From the NCBI RefSeq assembly GCF_009914755.1, contig NC_060930.1: 64,000 nucleotides of DNA; one strand, written 5' to 3'. The stretch is from the human T2T-CHM13v2.0 reference genome, Homo sapiens. The translations under genes and the position numbers were made by a program. Positions 14,056 to 29,390 of the stretch are shown here, piece after piece (the first letter of the stretch is position 1; the number at the start of each line of letters is the position of its first letter). The notes under the pieces are model-generated. The model made no database searches. It had not been told where the DNA came from and saw nothing but the letters and a program-made list of their open reading frames with translations.

Positions 14056-14393
14056 CTGTAGGAGGGAAAATTTTTTTTTATTATATATAGAAAAAAAAAC
14101 AGTAAAATTAAAATCCCTCCTCAGAGGCTATTTTTTTTGTTCCATTTAACATTTTATATATACATCCTCCCACTTCAGTTGACCTTAACTTATTTATATG
14201 ATTGCTAGACACATACACAGACTTTTAAACCCTTCAAAAATACAGTGAGGATATGCATGAGTACTAAAAACGGGGAGGCATATGAACCAAGCTATTATCT
14301 CAGGGGAGTAGAAGGGAACATGGGTGTAAGGAGAAAGATCCCCGATTTAAAATATAATTTTGTAGAGCTGAAAGGAGTCTTAGATATAATTTA

Positions 14394-14764
14394 GTATTAT
14401 GAGCTGAATGAATTATGCCACCTCCATGTTGAAGCCCTGACCCCCAGTACTTCAGAATGCGACTACTGTGAGAGAGGGCCTTTAAAGAGGTAATTACAGT
14501 AAAATGAGGTCTTTAGGGTTGGCTACACTCCGATATAACTGGTGTCTTTAATAAAAAGAAGCGATGAGGACACAGACGCACACAGAGGGAAGACACAGTG
14601 AAGACATGGTGATAAGGCAGCCATCTGCAAGCCAAGAGAGAGACCTCAGAAGACACCTTGGTCTTGGCCTTCTGAGGCTCCAGAATTGTGAGAAGACCAA
14701 TTTCTGTTGTTTAAGCCATGCAGTCTGCGGTCCTTTGTTACTGCAGTGCTTGCTGACTCTTACA
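14394..14764 (+). mobile_element. MaLR LTR (MLT1 family)
   Basis: Motifs gcctttaaagaggtaatta...aaatgaggtc and ccagaattgtgaga...aatttctgttgtttaagcc. Confidence 0.8.
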
Positions 14765-16853
14765 CTCAGCTTCACAGGGAAGGAAACTGGGGCCTGGAGA
14801 AGTGAAGTGACTTTCTTAACTAAGGGCCAACAAGGAAGTCACAGAACTAAAACTAGACCCCAGGTTTTCTGACTCCCATTTCAAACTAGCTCAGGAAAAA
14901 AACTGCTAAAATTAAGAATGAGAACAGGAGAAAATGAGAGGTGTCAGTGGCTAGGAGGAGAGTAATGACCAAAAGGATAGAACAGAGACTGTGAAGATTG
15001 CATTCTGGAGTGGGGAGGTCAGAGAGACAATAACAAACACGCAAGATGGTTTCAGATAAAGATGGTGAGCTTCACCACCACTCTGGCTGGTGGGTAGAGA
15101 ATGGATTTTAGGGAGGCAAGATTCAAAGTAGGGAGAGCAGTTAGGACGCTCCTACAGTGGCTACATACAGTATGACTATGGCTTGTACTGGGGGTGTGCA
15201 GTGGAGAGAAGGGGAAGTGATAGGTGATGTGACTTCATTTTACCAGTAAAGTGACTGCGGCCCAAAGAGGGCACACAGCTACTGGCAGAAAGCCAGTGCT
15301 CAACTCAGGCCTGCTTGACATCTCTATTTGGCCCTTTCATTTGAGAAAATACATCAGAACTCTGGCAGGCACTTGTGGCCTCTCCTAGTAATTGACTTTA
15401 TCTTTTTATTGGCTCTTCCGGCATGGATAAAAAAACCTGGGAGCCAGCTGGCCAGATCACACAGAGCAGGGTTCAGGGAATGATGGGCACTCTCCCCAAG
15501 CTGTTAATCACCACTCCTTAGAATCCTCATCCCTTCACTCACACACTTCAAGTAAAATGTTTTCAAGCTTTTCAACGAAGACATTGATATTTCAAAGTAT
15601 TACGTGGGATAGTTATATAAGGCACAAAGCAAACACAACTGCTTCTTTTACAAATTTTAAGGCCTGAGAAATTCTTGCAACTGATTGCAGATTGTGAAGA
15701 TAACTGATTACTGCACATGTCTAATGTTCCAACAGCGTTTTTCCTCTGAACCACCACCCACACCCTGCTGCTGCTTCCAGGGCAAGTTTCAGACTTGGGA
15801 AACATGCACACCTAGCAGTCCCTTTCTGACCTACAGACAAATGTTACGTATATGCTTGTAAAATGTTAATTCCATAGGCCCTGGCGCATGCCCCTCCTCC
15901 TTGAAAATGCACATGGCCATTCACGCCAACACACTTTTTTAATTCACTCAGTTAGACTAAGAACACTTGTCTACATCCTGGTTCTCAGGGACAATACCTT
16001 GGAAGACATGGTCAGTCAATATAGTACACTGTTCTTGCTTAAAAGGAAATTTCCACCCACAAATCACATGCCAATGAGCAAAAAGTCCACTCACCTGTTT
16101 CCTAAATTCATTTGAAAACTTGAAATGTTTAATTTCCCCCCCCGATTTCACCAAAAGGTCCTATTAGTAAAACTTAAGCACATGATTTCCGACATAATTG
16201 GAAAGACAGAATGCTGAACTGATGCTCTCCTGTAATTAACAATGAGTCAGGTGAATATGAAAATGCCCCTACAAATGCTATTAGCATCACAGCAGAGCTA
16301 ACAAGCATCACTAAAGCCAGAGACCATTTAAAAATCATCTTTCCAGAAAATCTACTCAGTTACTAACTATAAGTATCTCTCACTTTGTGCAACCGTAGCT
16401 GGTTGCATTTTGACTTCATCTAAAGTTGTTTTCACTTTTTCCCAAAAGAAAAAAAAATGCTCATAGAAATTTCTTTCCGTGCTTTACCATAATATATACA
16501 ATATCCATCAAAGCCGGTTTGCAGTACTGCTACCGTACTAGGCATTGTGTTACTTCTGCTTTCTAATCAGAACAGTGAGTCATCGGAATATGTGAAATAA
16601 ATTAATTCCTTGTTTTATTAATTCTGAAAGTTTATGGTTCAGTATTCTGAGTTTATAGCCAATGAAGAACACCTACAATAAGATTTAGATACTAAAGAGA
16701 AAACAAATACTCTAAACAAGAAAGCCATATTTCCAGAGAAGAGGATCCTCTTATAAAAACTTTGAGCATAAACTTACCAAGATACTTATAAAATAAAATA
16801 ATTTATTTCCTAAGGTTCTTTGAGTTTTCCAAATTCTCTGTAAAGATATATTA

Positions 16854-17280
<427 letters not shown>

Positions 17281-18161
17281 TCACTACCGATAAGTATATT
17301 TTCCTTCTGCTACCTTGAAAATGTTGTGGCTGTAGCAGCTCTTATTTATATAGGTAGCCAAGAAACAGGGTAACAGGAAGATTATCAATGTGGCTGAGCT
17401 CCTCTCTATACTTTTGTGAAATGTTTGTGGACACGGCATTCATACATGCCCCAGCTTATTTCAATAAGGCAGATATTAAGAAAACGTGGCCTGTAAAGGC
17501 AATGTATCTGTCACTTATTTGAAGCTCCTTTGGAGAAACTTGAAAACTACAGTTCTTTTTGCCTACTGCCATGACATAATCCTAACTTGGAAGACTCATG
17601 TGAGAAATGAGGTGGGGACAGTAAATAGACCAAAATGGTAGGGGGCTCCCAAAGCAGCCCAAAAGAGAACAATTCTATTTTGTGAACTTCAAGAGCATGG
17701 CATTTCTTTCAGCCAAACAAGTTCCAAATGTCCTTCTGATTAGTTTCCATGCAAACACACTTAGTCCTTCCAGATACTTATTAGTCCAAACTGATAAGGG
17801 AAGAAAGATAAATGGTTCAACTCACTCAAGGCTGAGTCACACCTAAAGCTCTGCTGCTGACAATTTTCCTTTCCGAGCACCTCTACCACTGAGTACAAGG
17901 AACCATCCAAATGGATTAGGTAAACAGACTACTGCTTTGGGAATCTGAACATCTCTGGGCTACTGAGTTTGGTAGCAGTGTTTATGAGAATAATGATTTA
18001 ACTTGTATCTGGATTGTACCACAATGAACCATGACTGTCATCATTGCCTTTCCCCATTTCCAGCTGTGTCCTTGCCAACCCTACATTCCTGCACCAAGCA
18101 GACTTCTAAAAAACTGAAGTACCCACTCTGGATGCTTAACCAAATCAAAATGGGAAACTGA

Positions 18162-18499
<338 letters not shown>

Positions 18500-19549
18500 C
18501 TAATATCAAACTGAAAAATCACTTCCCTGTTGACTGACCTTTCCTGAGATGACACACTGGTGGAGGTTGCAGTATTCCCCTAGCCCCGGGGATGGCAGAG
18601 CCATGGATGGTAAAGGAAAATCCTTCCAAATTTTATTCATGACAAGGGTGGTAGATAAATGAAATAAGATTTCGAGGCAGCAAGATCTGGCAGCATTCTT
18701 GGGTAGACTCTGAGAGCAGGAATAGGCGAGAACTCCAGCCTCAACTGCCATCTGTGTGGCATGTACTTCATGTTCCCCATAGTCAGCTCCTAAAAATCAA
18801 AGTCATGAAAATCCTGGAAAAAGCATTGCAAGAAAAGAGAGAAGACATAACACTAACTAGCTGTGTGGCACTAGGAAAACCACTTCCCTCATCAGACCTG
18901 TGGTCTCACTTCTAACCTAAATAGGTTAGACCAGGTCACTTCTGTGTTCCTTTCATTCAAATTATGTCTTATTTATTGCTTGTCTTACTGTTGCTATTTC
19001 ATTCTCCTCATGCCCTAATCCCCCACTCCAATTCTCTTTCCCCTTCCAAGTTACCCCCACCTGAACTACCTGCTCAACGAAAGTTTACCACAAAGTTATT
19101 TTCAATTACTACCCAATTACAATCTCCCTGTGGTTGCACAATCTGTTTTCATAAAACTAATTAATGACTTTGATGCATCAGCGACCCCCTGAAATGAAGC
19201 ATTAATTGCCCAGCCTGGATGCTCTTTGCCAGCCTGCTAAAATGGTTCCATTTAACCCCTTGGCTCCTGACACTACCCAGTTCAATACCACCAGGCCCCT
19301 TTTCCCTAATATAACTAGATATGCCTGATAGTCCCCAGCAGAAAGCTCCTTACAGTAAAGTCGCTGTTTTGATTTAATTTTCCCTCCAGACCTCATTCAA
19401 CACTTAGAAAGAAGGAAGAGTTCTATGTTACATTTGTGAAAATCTCTCACTTTAATAATGGTTTTTAAAAGCCCATTTGCTAAATCTAACTGAAACTTAC
19501 TGCTTTTCCATATGAGGTAACAAAAAGAGACCTGAAGAAATAAGCCATT

Positions 19550-19730
19550 GCCAATACTGTGCTAGGTGATTCAGCAGAAAATATCTGTGATTCGTTTGCT
19601 GCTAAGGAAGTTGTATCAGCCCCATTTTACAGATGAGGAAACTGAGGCTCTAAGAGGTAATAACTTGCCCCAAGCCATAGAACCAGGATTCAAGACCAGG
19701 TCTGTCTAGTTTCAAAGTTACCCTCTTTGC
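19550..19730 (-). mobile_element. MIR (other MIR-like remnants at ~4340, 9480, 28050, 31700, 39020, 44680, 47280 and 56680)
   Basis: MIR core cccattttacagatgaggaaactgaggctc. Confidence 0.7.
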
Positions 19731-22584
19731 TGCCATGTCACTTCCCTGTCTGGACCCCACAGCATTTAGAGAAAATTGACAAACCCTGTAAACTGATTAC
19801 AAGCGATCACATGACCACAGGGCATTGCCCGAGCCCCTCCGCTAGAGTGAAGTGGGTAGAGGTTGAGATCTGCAAGTACCTGGGACTCAATGGCAGACTT
19901 ACACTCCAGCTGGATGACTGCGCTAAGATAAATATGAGAGATTCTGTGAATACCAGATACCTCAACTGTAGCCAATAACTTTGTTTTCTATTGAAAATAT
20001 TTCAGATCCCAACAGACAAGTGGCTGGTTAAAAAAACAAACAAACAAATTCAATTTCTACTAAAGGTTTATCTCAAAGGAATTCTAGTCGCGAATAAATA
20101 TAAAATTACAACTATTTAAGAATTATGATATTATCTCAAGCCTGTTTCCCCTGCTCTCCCAGCTGCCCACATAATCAAAATCAAATTAGATTTCAAGACC
20201 TTCTATAGGCCTATACAGGCATATAAGATGGGCTCTGGGAGGAAAAAAAGGCATATTTTCTTTGCCAGAAAAGTATTTCTTGATATCTGAATCTATGTGG
20301 TCTTTAGAGAAGAGGAATTCAGATAATAAGAAATGCTTTCTTATTCAAATCTATGTGGTTCCAGGATTTCAGATATAAATAAGGGTTCATATAATGAGGT
20401 TACCAGCCTCATCACAAAACAATTTATCTGAATCTATTCAATTCCTAAGTTCGGACACTGTAAAATACTTGTATATAATGATTTCTCCCTTAAAAAATAA
20501 AAACAAATACATCACCCTAAAAAAAAAGTTTCAGATGATGAGAGACAATGATTTTAAAATTATTCTTCTGAGTGTGAATTCTTGTTCAATTCAATCCAGA
20601 GTAAGGGGTCTTGGCAAGCAGAACCCAAATGTACCCAATTTTTTTTTGCAAACAAAAATCTTAAGAGGCAAATGGAAAAATGCTGATTTCTAAATGCTTG
20701 AAAGAAGGATTATCAGTTATAAGAAATTTAGAGAAAGTCTTCGAAATGGGAATATGGACTGGAAACGTATACATACATAGATAAAGCAAATATGCCAAAA
20801 TGTGAATAACAATTGAATCTAGATGGTAGATTTATTATTTGTTGTAATGTGCTTCCAAATTTTCTTTGCTTCGTAAGTCTTCTCTTAAAACATTATTTTA
20901 AAAAATTAAAGAGAAGGGCCAAGAGTCAAGTAACTTTAAGAGAAAAATTCCCCAAACTTTTCCTGGGCTTCTAATTGTTGAGTTAAAACCTCTTGTTTTC
21001 TTTCCTTCTTTCTTCTTCTCCTGCACAGCCCAGACTTTAGTACATGAAGCAAGGAGGTGCTTCCATTGCATAAGTAGGGAACAGCACCAACACTTAAATC
21101 TAAATTGTCAATTGCCAAGTGGACAGCGAGGGCCATCTGCTGTCTAGAGCTCCCTGGGATCACTGGATGTCATGGGATGGAAGAAAGAACAGGAGCACAA
21201 CACCAAGATGTTCTGCTCAGCTTCCTTGGGAACCCCCAAGCCAGACCACAGAGATGGCATAGGTGAGTGAACCTTAAGCTGGGAGCCAATGCAGAGCCTG
21301 CAGAACAAACTCACCCACCATCAGGGGAATCTCAGGATTAACCTGGCCAAAAAAATGCCAAAACCACTGGGGAATTATTTTAAAAAACACTCCCACTCAC
21401 CCCAGATCTGTTCAAGCACAGAATAATGAAAAGGTTTTGTTTCAACTGCAACCTTACTTAAGGCCTATGAAGTTAGACTAGGTTAGCTGGTCACGGTGGG
21501 TTTCTCGCTTAAATACCCCAAACTCAAATCAAGGTAGTTGGCTATAATTTTCTGTATATACCTCGTCTTAGAATTCTCATCATTTCTAAGAGTTAATTTC
21601 AAAATTGAGCCCCAAAGTCTATAAATCCACCCCCATTTAAGTCAAAGTGTCAATAGCCAATCCTTGCCCTAAGCAAGAGAGCTGTGCCTTTCCTGTATGT
21701 ACAGGAGAAAAGCCACAACAAATAGTGCTGCACAAAGCTGCCAAAGCTGGTAAGAACCAGCTGGCTCCGGAGGGAGGGAAAAGGGGGGGCAGCCCCGCCC
21801 CGCTACCGGCACGGGTGTCTGCAGGCTGTCCAGGCTGCTGACATCAACGGTAGTGGTGTTGCAGCCCTGAGCTGACTCACTGATTAGCTTTCTCAAAAAG
21901 AGGAAGTGAGGACAGTGAATAAGTGGGTTCTCTTGGTTCAGAGCTGGAGCCCACTCACGTTTGAAAATATTGCCAAGACTTTTAAGAGCTCAGCACCATC
22001 GGAACATGAGGAGATCATGCTCCATTGGAAATTCCTTAGGTTTCCCTAAACTTCTATTGGAAAATCTTTCCCACAAAAAAGCCTTTCGATAATTCTATCC
22101 ATGAGAAAAAGTTTCGCAAACCTTTTTAAAGCTTGCCATAAGACACTGTGGAGGATGGAAAGTAATTTCGTAGGAAACTCAAGACCTTGAAGTAAGAAGG
22201 CTTAAGTTCATCTTTATGACTCGGGCTTTTTGAACTCATCAAATCTGATTAAATTAGCATTGCATAATAAGTCCATTAATTAGATTCATGCCATTAGAAT
22301 TACAATGCATATGGTCTACAAGTCTAAGTTAACCTTTGACCTTAACCTCTGACTTCCAAGTCTCGGCAACTCAGTTTCCCTCCGTGGTGGTAACTACTGT
22401 TACCAAGTCACAATATACTCTTCCAGAGATAGAGACAGTCTATACTTATACCAATAAATAAGTATATATGTTCTCCACCCCCCTTATTTTTTAAAACAAT
22501 TTTTAACATCTATGTATATACTGTGTGTGTGTGTATATATATGTATATATTTTTGCAATATGGTGGCACAATGTACATACTGTT

Positions 22585-22870
22585 GTTTTTTTGGTTTTGT
22601 TTTTTTCGTGTCTCCCAGGCTGGAGTGCAGTGGTGCAATCTCGGCTCACTGCAGCCTCCATATCCTGTATTCAATTGATTTTCGTGCCTTAGCCTCCTGA
22701 CTAGCTGGGATTACAGGCATGCACCACCAGGCCCAGATGATTTTTGTAGTTTTAGTAGAGATGGGGTTTCACCATGTTGGCCAGGCTGTTCTCAAACTCC
22801 TAACTTCAAGTGATCTGCCCACCTTGGCCTCCCAAAGTGCTGAGATTATAGGTGTGAGCCACTGTGCCCC
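22585..22870 (-). mobile_element. Alu within an old L1M
   Basis: Alu consensus motifs. Confidence 0.9.
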
Positions 22871-23195
22871 ATCCTACATACTATTCTTCACCTGGCCTTT
22901 TTTCGTTTAACCCTTCTTGAGGTTAGCACATGAAGAGCTGACTCACTTCTTCTGACAAGTGCATGCTGTTCCATTGTACAGATGTTCAATAACTTAGATA
23001 ACCAGTCCTCTAGTGAAGGGCATTTGTAGATCTCCTCACTCTTTTGCTATTACACATGACACTACAATGAATATATGTGTACTTGCATCATTCTGAATGC
23101 ATGTGAACATGTGTAAGATATCTTCCTAGATGTGGAATTATAGGTCTCCATGCCAGCCTGAGAGGTTAAAAATCTGCATGTTTAAAAAGTCTTCA

Positions 23196-23583
<388 letters not shown>

Positions 23584-24581
23584 TCAAGAAACTGAACCCT
23601 ATGTTTCAAACAATTTCAACCTGTGATTATTTTGTCTTTTGATTTGTATACGGTGTTTTCTGGCTTGTGTATTTATTGTTAAGTAGTTGCATTGTTCTTG
23701 TACGGCTTCTGTGCTTTATGTTATTCTCTACTGTTGTGATTATAAAAACAAAACATTTCCCCCAAGTTTTTTTTCTAGTACTTTTTTGGTGATAAGTCAT
23801 TTTAGTTGTTGGGCATTTAATTTCAGCCTGTCCTGTGAAAGTCCAACTGTAGATCGATCAAAGTTTCCTCTGTGGCAATTGTTTATTAAAAAACCAGGAA
23901 TGACATTAGTCTCTCCCAAGGAAATGGTGAAAAATAAGTGATGAAAACCTCGAAATTAACTGATATAAAATAAAACCTACTGCTGACCATGATGCAATTC
24001 CTCATCAGCAAGTGTACCTGTTATTGACACTTGGGTTATAACAGAATAAGGGACACTTTCACAAACACAGAGTGGAGAAGCTAGGCCAAAGCTGGAAGCT
24101 ATTCAACTTTATCCAAATCGGTGTTTTGCCTTTAAAAAGAAAAAGTGAAAATGTGCTCTCCTGCACTGGTAATTGATGGAGAAAATAAGCTTCTTTTCAC
24201 AGTATTGATTCTGATTTCCTCCCAATGCACTTTTTGAGAAAGCCAGGAAGGGTGTAGATTAAAGGGGTGGGAAATGTCATCCACTAACAGACCCAGCCTT
24301 TTCTGAATGGTGAGACACTCTGTCTCAGAAAAAAATTAAAGCCCACTTCCATCCCTCTGTATAGCAGCTTCACAGAATATATTCTCAAGTCTGGCTCACA
24401 TATCTATCCCTCCTATAAAACTGTCAGCATCCTAAGGGATGATTCTGCTTTGTGTTTTGTTTTGTTTCATTTAGTATCTCAGTGCCTGGTACAGGGCTCA
24501 ATACATAATGGGTGCTCTGATAATCTATTAAATAAATTGTCTGTGTTGAATTATCTCAACCTTAAAGGCAATACTAAGAAG

Positions 24582-24583
<2 letters not shown>

Positions 24584-24633
<50 letters not shown>

Positions 24634-24634
24634 G
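24584..24634. repeat. (TG)n microsatellite
   Basis: Direct observation. Confidence 0.95.
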
Positions 24635-24723
24635 TTGGGCAGGGAGTGTATATTAATATAAAGACCCCAAGAATCTGTTTCCTAGACTTTTCTCCTTACG
24701 ATCTGCATACAGCAAGCTCAACT

Positions 24724-24885
24724 ACTATATTTATTAAAATTCTATGATGCATATTTTTTTCACATTTTAACATCTCTGAAATAGAGGTGTCTCTTACAAT
24801 TATAATTAACAGTATTTTCTTTCTCAGTAATACATAATGACAATGGTATATCTTACAATTGACATGGGATTCAATGAAATATAGT
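24724..24885. mobile_element. MER104-like Tc2 MITE (a similar copy lies at ~42897-43047)
   Basis: ttttttcacattttaacatctctgaaa body with decayed inverted ends. Confidence 0.5.
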
Positions 24886-24893
24886 AATATATC

Positions 24894-25268
24894 TGTATTA
24901 GTCAGTTTTCATACTGCTATAAAGAAATACCTGAAGTTGGATAATTTATAAAGAAATGAGGTTTCATATGCTCACGGTTCTGCAAGCTGTATAGGAAGCA
25001 TGACTGGGGAGGCTTCAGGAAACTTATAATCATGGCAGAAGGCAAAGGGGAAGCAGGCATGTCTTACATGGTCAGAGCAGTGGTGATAGGGGGAGGTGCC
25101 ACATGCTTTCACACAATCAGATCTCGTGAGAACTCTATTGCAAGAACAGTGCCAAAGCAGGAAATCTGCCCACATGATCCAGTCACCTCCCACCAGGCCC
25201 CACCTCCAACATTGGGAATTACAATTCAACATGAGGTTTGGGCAGGGACACAGACCCAAACCATATCA
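24894..25268 (-). mobile_element. MaLR LTR (MSTA/MSTB)
   Basis: Termini tgtattagtcagtttt...ccaaaccatatca and a characteristic MST body. Confidence 0.85.
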
Positions 25269-26495
25269 CTATCTTAATGAGAATATACCCACCTATACTT
25301 CTCAGGACCATGAAGCTTGCTAAATAAACCAGCTATAGAGCACCCAGACAGTGTTTGGGACACAACAGATATTTAGCAAATGCTGATTTCAACTTAATGT
25401 GCATTTACTGAAAACATAATGCATTTGCTGTCAAGTCAAAAAAAGGACAATGTAGAATTCAAATTCCAACACAGAAAATAGTTGCTAAGATTTACTGAGC
25501 CCCCTGCTCTATGTCAAGTGCAGGACTGGGCATTTACACTCACCTCTATTTCTCAGCAAGATCTTTACAAAGCACTTACAAAGCTTGGAGACTGTATAGG
25601 ACTTGCCCAAGGTCACATAGTGAGTGGCAAAAGCAAAATTCAAACCCAATTCAGAGAGACAAAGTCAAATTCTTGAATTTGTCAGTTCCTTCTAGTAGTT
25701 CCTGGAGATTCAAAGTTCAATATCTAGCACGTGACATGAACTGGGATATTAAAACCTTATTTCTATACCTTAAATATTACAGAACAGTTAAGGGTTTCTA
25801 AAAAGCTTGCTACTGAGCAAAACAAGGATGTAAGTAAAACAGACGTTCTTTGCAGAGTCAAAGATTTGAGAAGCCCTTAATATGAAAAAGCAGGTGGGGC
25901 TTCCTAGGCAGAAACCAAATGTGAAAGTTTCAGGAAAGAAGACCAAAATATAGTCTTGAAAAAAAACTAGTCTGATTTTTTTAAGTGACTTTCAAATGGA
26001 CAAATATATATCTGCTCTAGCTTTCTATGTATTTTTTTGGCAGGTTGAGTACTTCTTCACCCTGATGCTTATAATTCCTCATGCACACTTCTATTATAAC
26101 ATTTGCTTATCCCACTGAATTATAATTATTTGCACACGTGTCTCCATCACCACAAGTGAGTTATTGAAAGGCATTGACCACTTTTCTTCTTTATCCAGTA
26201 CCAGGCTCACAGCTGGTGTTTGACAAAAGGTTGTCAACTAACTGAATGAAACTTTGGACTATGATAATAAATAGAACAGCCTGAAATGTCATTAAAAATC
26301 TAAAGCCTATTTATAAACATTGCTCCTTTGTGCGCAATGACAACTTTAAACACAAGCATCACTAAATGTTCCTGGTTCTATGTGTGTCAGCAATCCCTTT
26401 ATAATGTCCTCTTCTCCTCACCACCCCAGAAGTTCCCCAGAGCCTGCAGTCACACCCCATGAATTAAGTAACTTGACCTTAAATAACCCTCCATG

Positions 26496-26522
26496 CTGCA
26501 GTAACACAGCAGAGGGCAGCTG
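26496..26522 (+). promoter_or_regulatory. Candidate CTCF site
   Basis: TGCAGTAACACAGCAGAGGGCAGC: a core motif plus an upstream TGCAG-like element. Confidence 0.55.
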
Positions 26523-28489
26523 CTAGATACATGCAAGTTTAGCTGTTACCTTAGGTCCTCAGGTCTTAGGACAAGATCCCTAATTTCTAAGAGATGACAA
26601 ATTGGAAAATTAATGACAAAGACTAATTTGAATAGCCAAAAAGTCAACAGTTAATGTACAGCTGGTATTTGCTTCAACTCGTCCTCACTGTATTAAATTT
26701 CTGAAAATAGCTGGTCTCAGTCAGACCCGTAGATAAGGACAGCTGCATCCTGCAGCTGGTAAGCAAAAAATCAGTAACTGTAGTTCCCTCTGCAGCAGAG
26801 GCAGGAGTGCTGCTCTCACCAAAATAGAAGGCCCAGTACTTCTCTAGCTGTTGGGATTCTCTGAGTTGATTACACAGAGCAAAGCCATCCAGGATCCAAC
26901 ACAGAGTCTACTATAGTAGAGAGAGAGAGAGTGCCTAAGTGCACAAATGCTCTGTTCCTGAGACATAGGTCCCCTATGTGGTTCTGGAAAGGACTAAAAT
27001 ATCCTAACAAAGAATAATTAATTCTATTATATAGAAATCAACAACAACCACCACAAAACATTGGCGGTGGGTCCACTGGTTGTGAAATTATAGTGTAGTT
27101 TTAATCTGCTTAATCTTATGGAAGGAGAGATAAGAAGTAGAGCATTGATTCTCCACTCCGCTTCCTGGTTAACATCAGTCCTTTACATTTGTGAATCTCT
27201 GATCAAAGCAGACAGCTAAAGTAACAATTTATATTATTTTAAATTGTTGTGGTTGTTTTTAATACCATCATTTTTTAAGTATCTATAAAATTTCTTTTTC
27301 CACCCCTTTCTCTCATGAAGCAATGAAGGGATGCTGAAACTCTAACCACAGATATAATACTTCTGAACCTAGCTGCAAAGCATCACTTTAATATCTCACT
27401 CTAGTATGGCCCCCAGTAATTTGATTATCAAAATTAATTTTGATAACCACTCAGAGTGTGAAGGGCAGGTTCTGTAATTCCCATTTTAAATGGAAAAATC
27501 TCAGAGTTAGAGAAATTGTTTGCCCAGGGTTTCCTAAGGAGAAGAAACAGACTCCTTTCCTCCCACCCTAGCCAAGGCGCAGGGAAAGAGTGCACTGGTT
27601 AAGTCTCTCTGCACATACAAAGGCTCTAAAATAAAAGGGGGGAGTGAAAAAAAAACATAGAAAACCAAATCATAAGGAAAACCAGAAATTCACTTGCTCA
27701 ATTTTGTTTCTCTGACAGCTATTGAGGAAGCAGACCATTATCTCCCTTGCTAGAGAAAACATTCCAGCCAGCCTAGGAACATGTGCTCAGGCAGTAAGCA
27801 ACACATAGCTACAGTTAGCTGGGATTTCCAGCTCTGGGGCACTGAACCCAGATAGCACTTCCTGCTCGGCCACCTGCTTTCAGCAGTCCTGGAATTGGGT
27901 GAACATCCCCACCCAACACTAAGTGACCCTCAGTATTCAGCATCTAAAAGACCCATTATGTGTATGAGTTTTAGCTAGTTAGGAACATTCTTCCATCTCT
28001 CTTGCCTCCAGAGCCTGGAAATAATTGCAACTATTAATAGTCAACATCTGACAAATGCTTACAGTGGGTCACACTCACCTCATTCTCAGAGTAACCCATA
28101 GGACAGGCACGCATGTTGTTCCTATTGTCTCATGAAGAAACTGAGGCAGAGAGGCCAAGTAATTTACTCAGGGTCCCTAAAATGACTATGTTGCCAGGAC
28201 AGGGATTTAACCCGGCACACGTCTCCATACTGATGTTCTAATCGGAGCCTTACTGGCTGGTTAGATGGCGATCCAGCACATTCCTCCTCCCAACCTCTTG
28301 GATTTACTCCTTCAGATTATATAAGTATGTGTAAACTTCTTCCTTCCATCCAACTGTAAGCTTCCTTGATGGCATTGACTTTGTCTTACTCATCTTTGCA
28401 TTGCCCAAAGTGCCTGTTATAATACTGTGCACAAAATGTGTTATGTCATATAGATTTAAAAATAAAATCACATCCTCTCGTTTGCTGGT

Positions 28490-29390
28490 TAGCAGGGGAA
28501 ACTTAAATCCAGGCATTAAAGGACTAAAGGAAAATAACTGGCAAGCTAGAATTTTATTTCCAGCTATCCTTCAAAAACTAAGGTGAAATAATGCAATTTA
28601 TTTATTTATAAATAGGCACTTTTCAGACCAAGAAAAACAGAGTTTACTGCTGGAAACCTACACATAGAAGTATTCTTTAGGCAAAAGAAAAATTTTCTCA
28701 GGTAGAAGTTGAAGCTCCAGGAGGAAGGTATTAAGAATGTTAAGAATGGAAAAGATCAATATGCAGATAAATCTGTGTGACTCCTGACTGTGTAAAACTG
28801 TAATAACTCTGCCTTTTAGCAGTATTAAAAGTGTAACATTAAAATTCATGAAAACAAAAGCGAAGTATAAGAGGAGGATAAATAGGATTAAAGTCTTCTA
28901 AGGTTGTAGTATCTGTAAAATGGTAAAAAGTACACATTTATTGCCTATATCTCATAATTAAGCATGTGTGTTGTAATCCCTTGGGTATCCCTTAAAAGTG
29001 AAGTAAAAAATGTGAAATTAACAAGCTAACAGATGAGGAAAAATGGAATAAGAAAAAAATACTTGATTATTCCAAGAGAAAGCAAGAAAAGATGGAGAGA
29101 GAAAAAAATAAAAAAAGACGAGAGGACAAATTGAAAACAAAGATGTGGTAGATTTAAACCCAAATATTTGAGTAATTACATTTTAAAAATTACATTTAAA
29201 AAGCAATTATATAATTACATAAAAATGTAAACACACTGAAATTCTCTAATTATCAAAAGCTATCAGACTAGATTTAAGAAAAAAATCTGAAATATATGCT
29301 TCTTATAAGAGACATTTTTTAAATAAAGACAGAGAAAAAAATCAAAGTAAAAGGATGGGAAAAGAGATAACATACAAACTGGAATGCTGT
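28490..29390 (+). mobile_element. Old L1M fragment (ORF1 end / ORF2 start)
   Basis: agaattttatttccagct...ccttcaaaaa and ccaaatatttgagtaattaca motifs; A-rich. Confidence 0.6.

Noticed and set aside
13609-14149. Plus-strand ORFs (143 aa and 122 aa) antisense to exon 5
   Set aside because: Non-ATG starts; shadow ORFs expected opposite a GC-rich exon.
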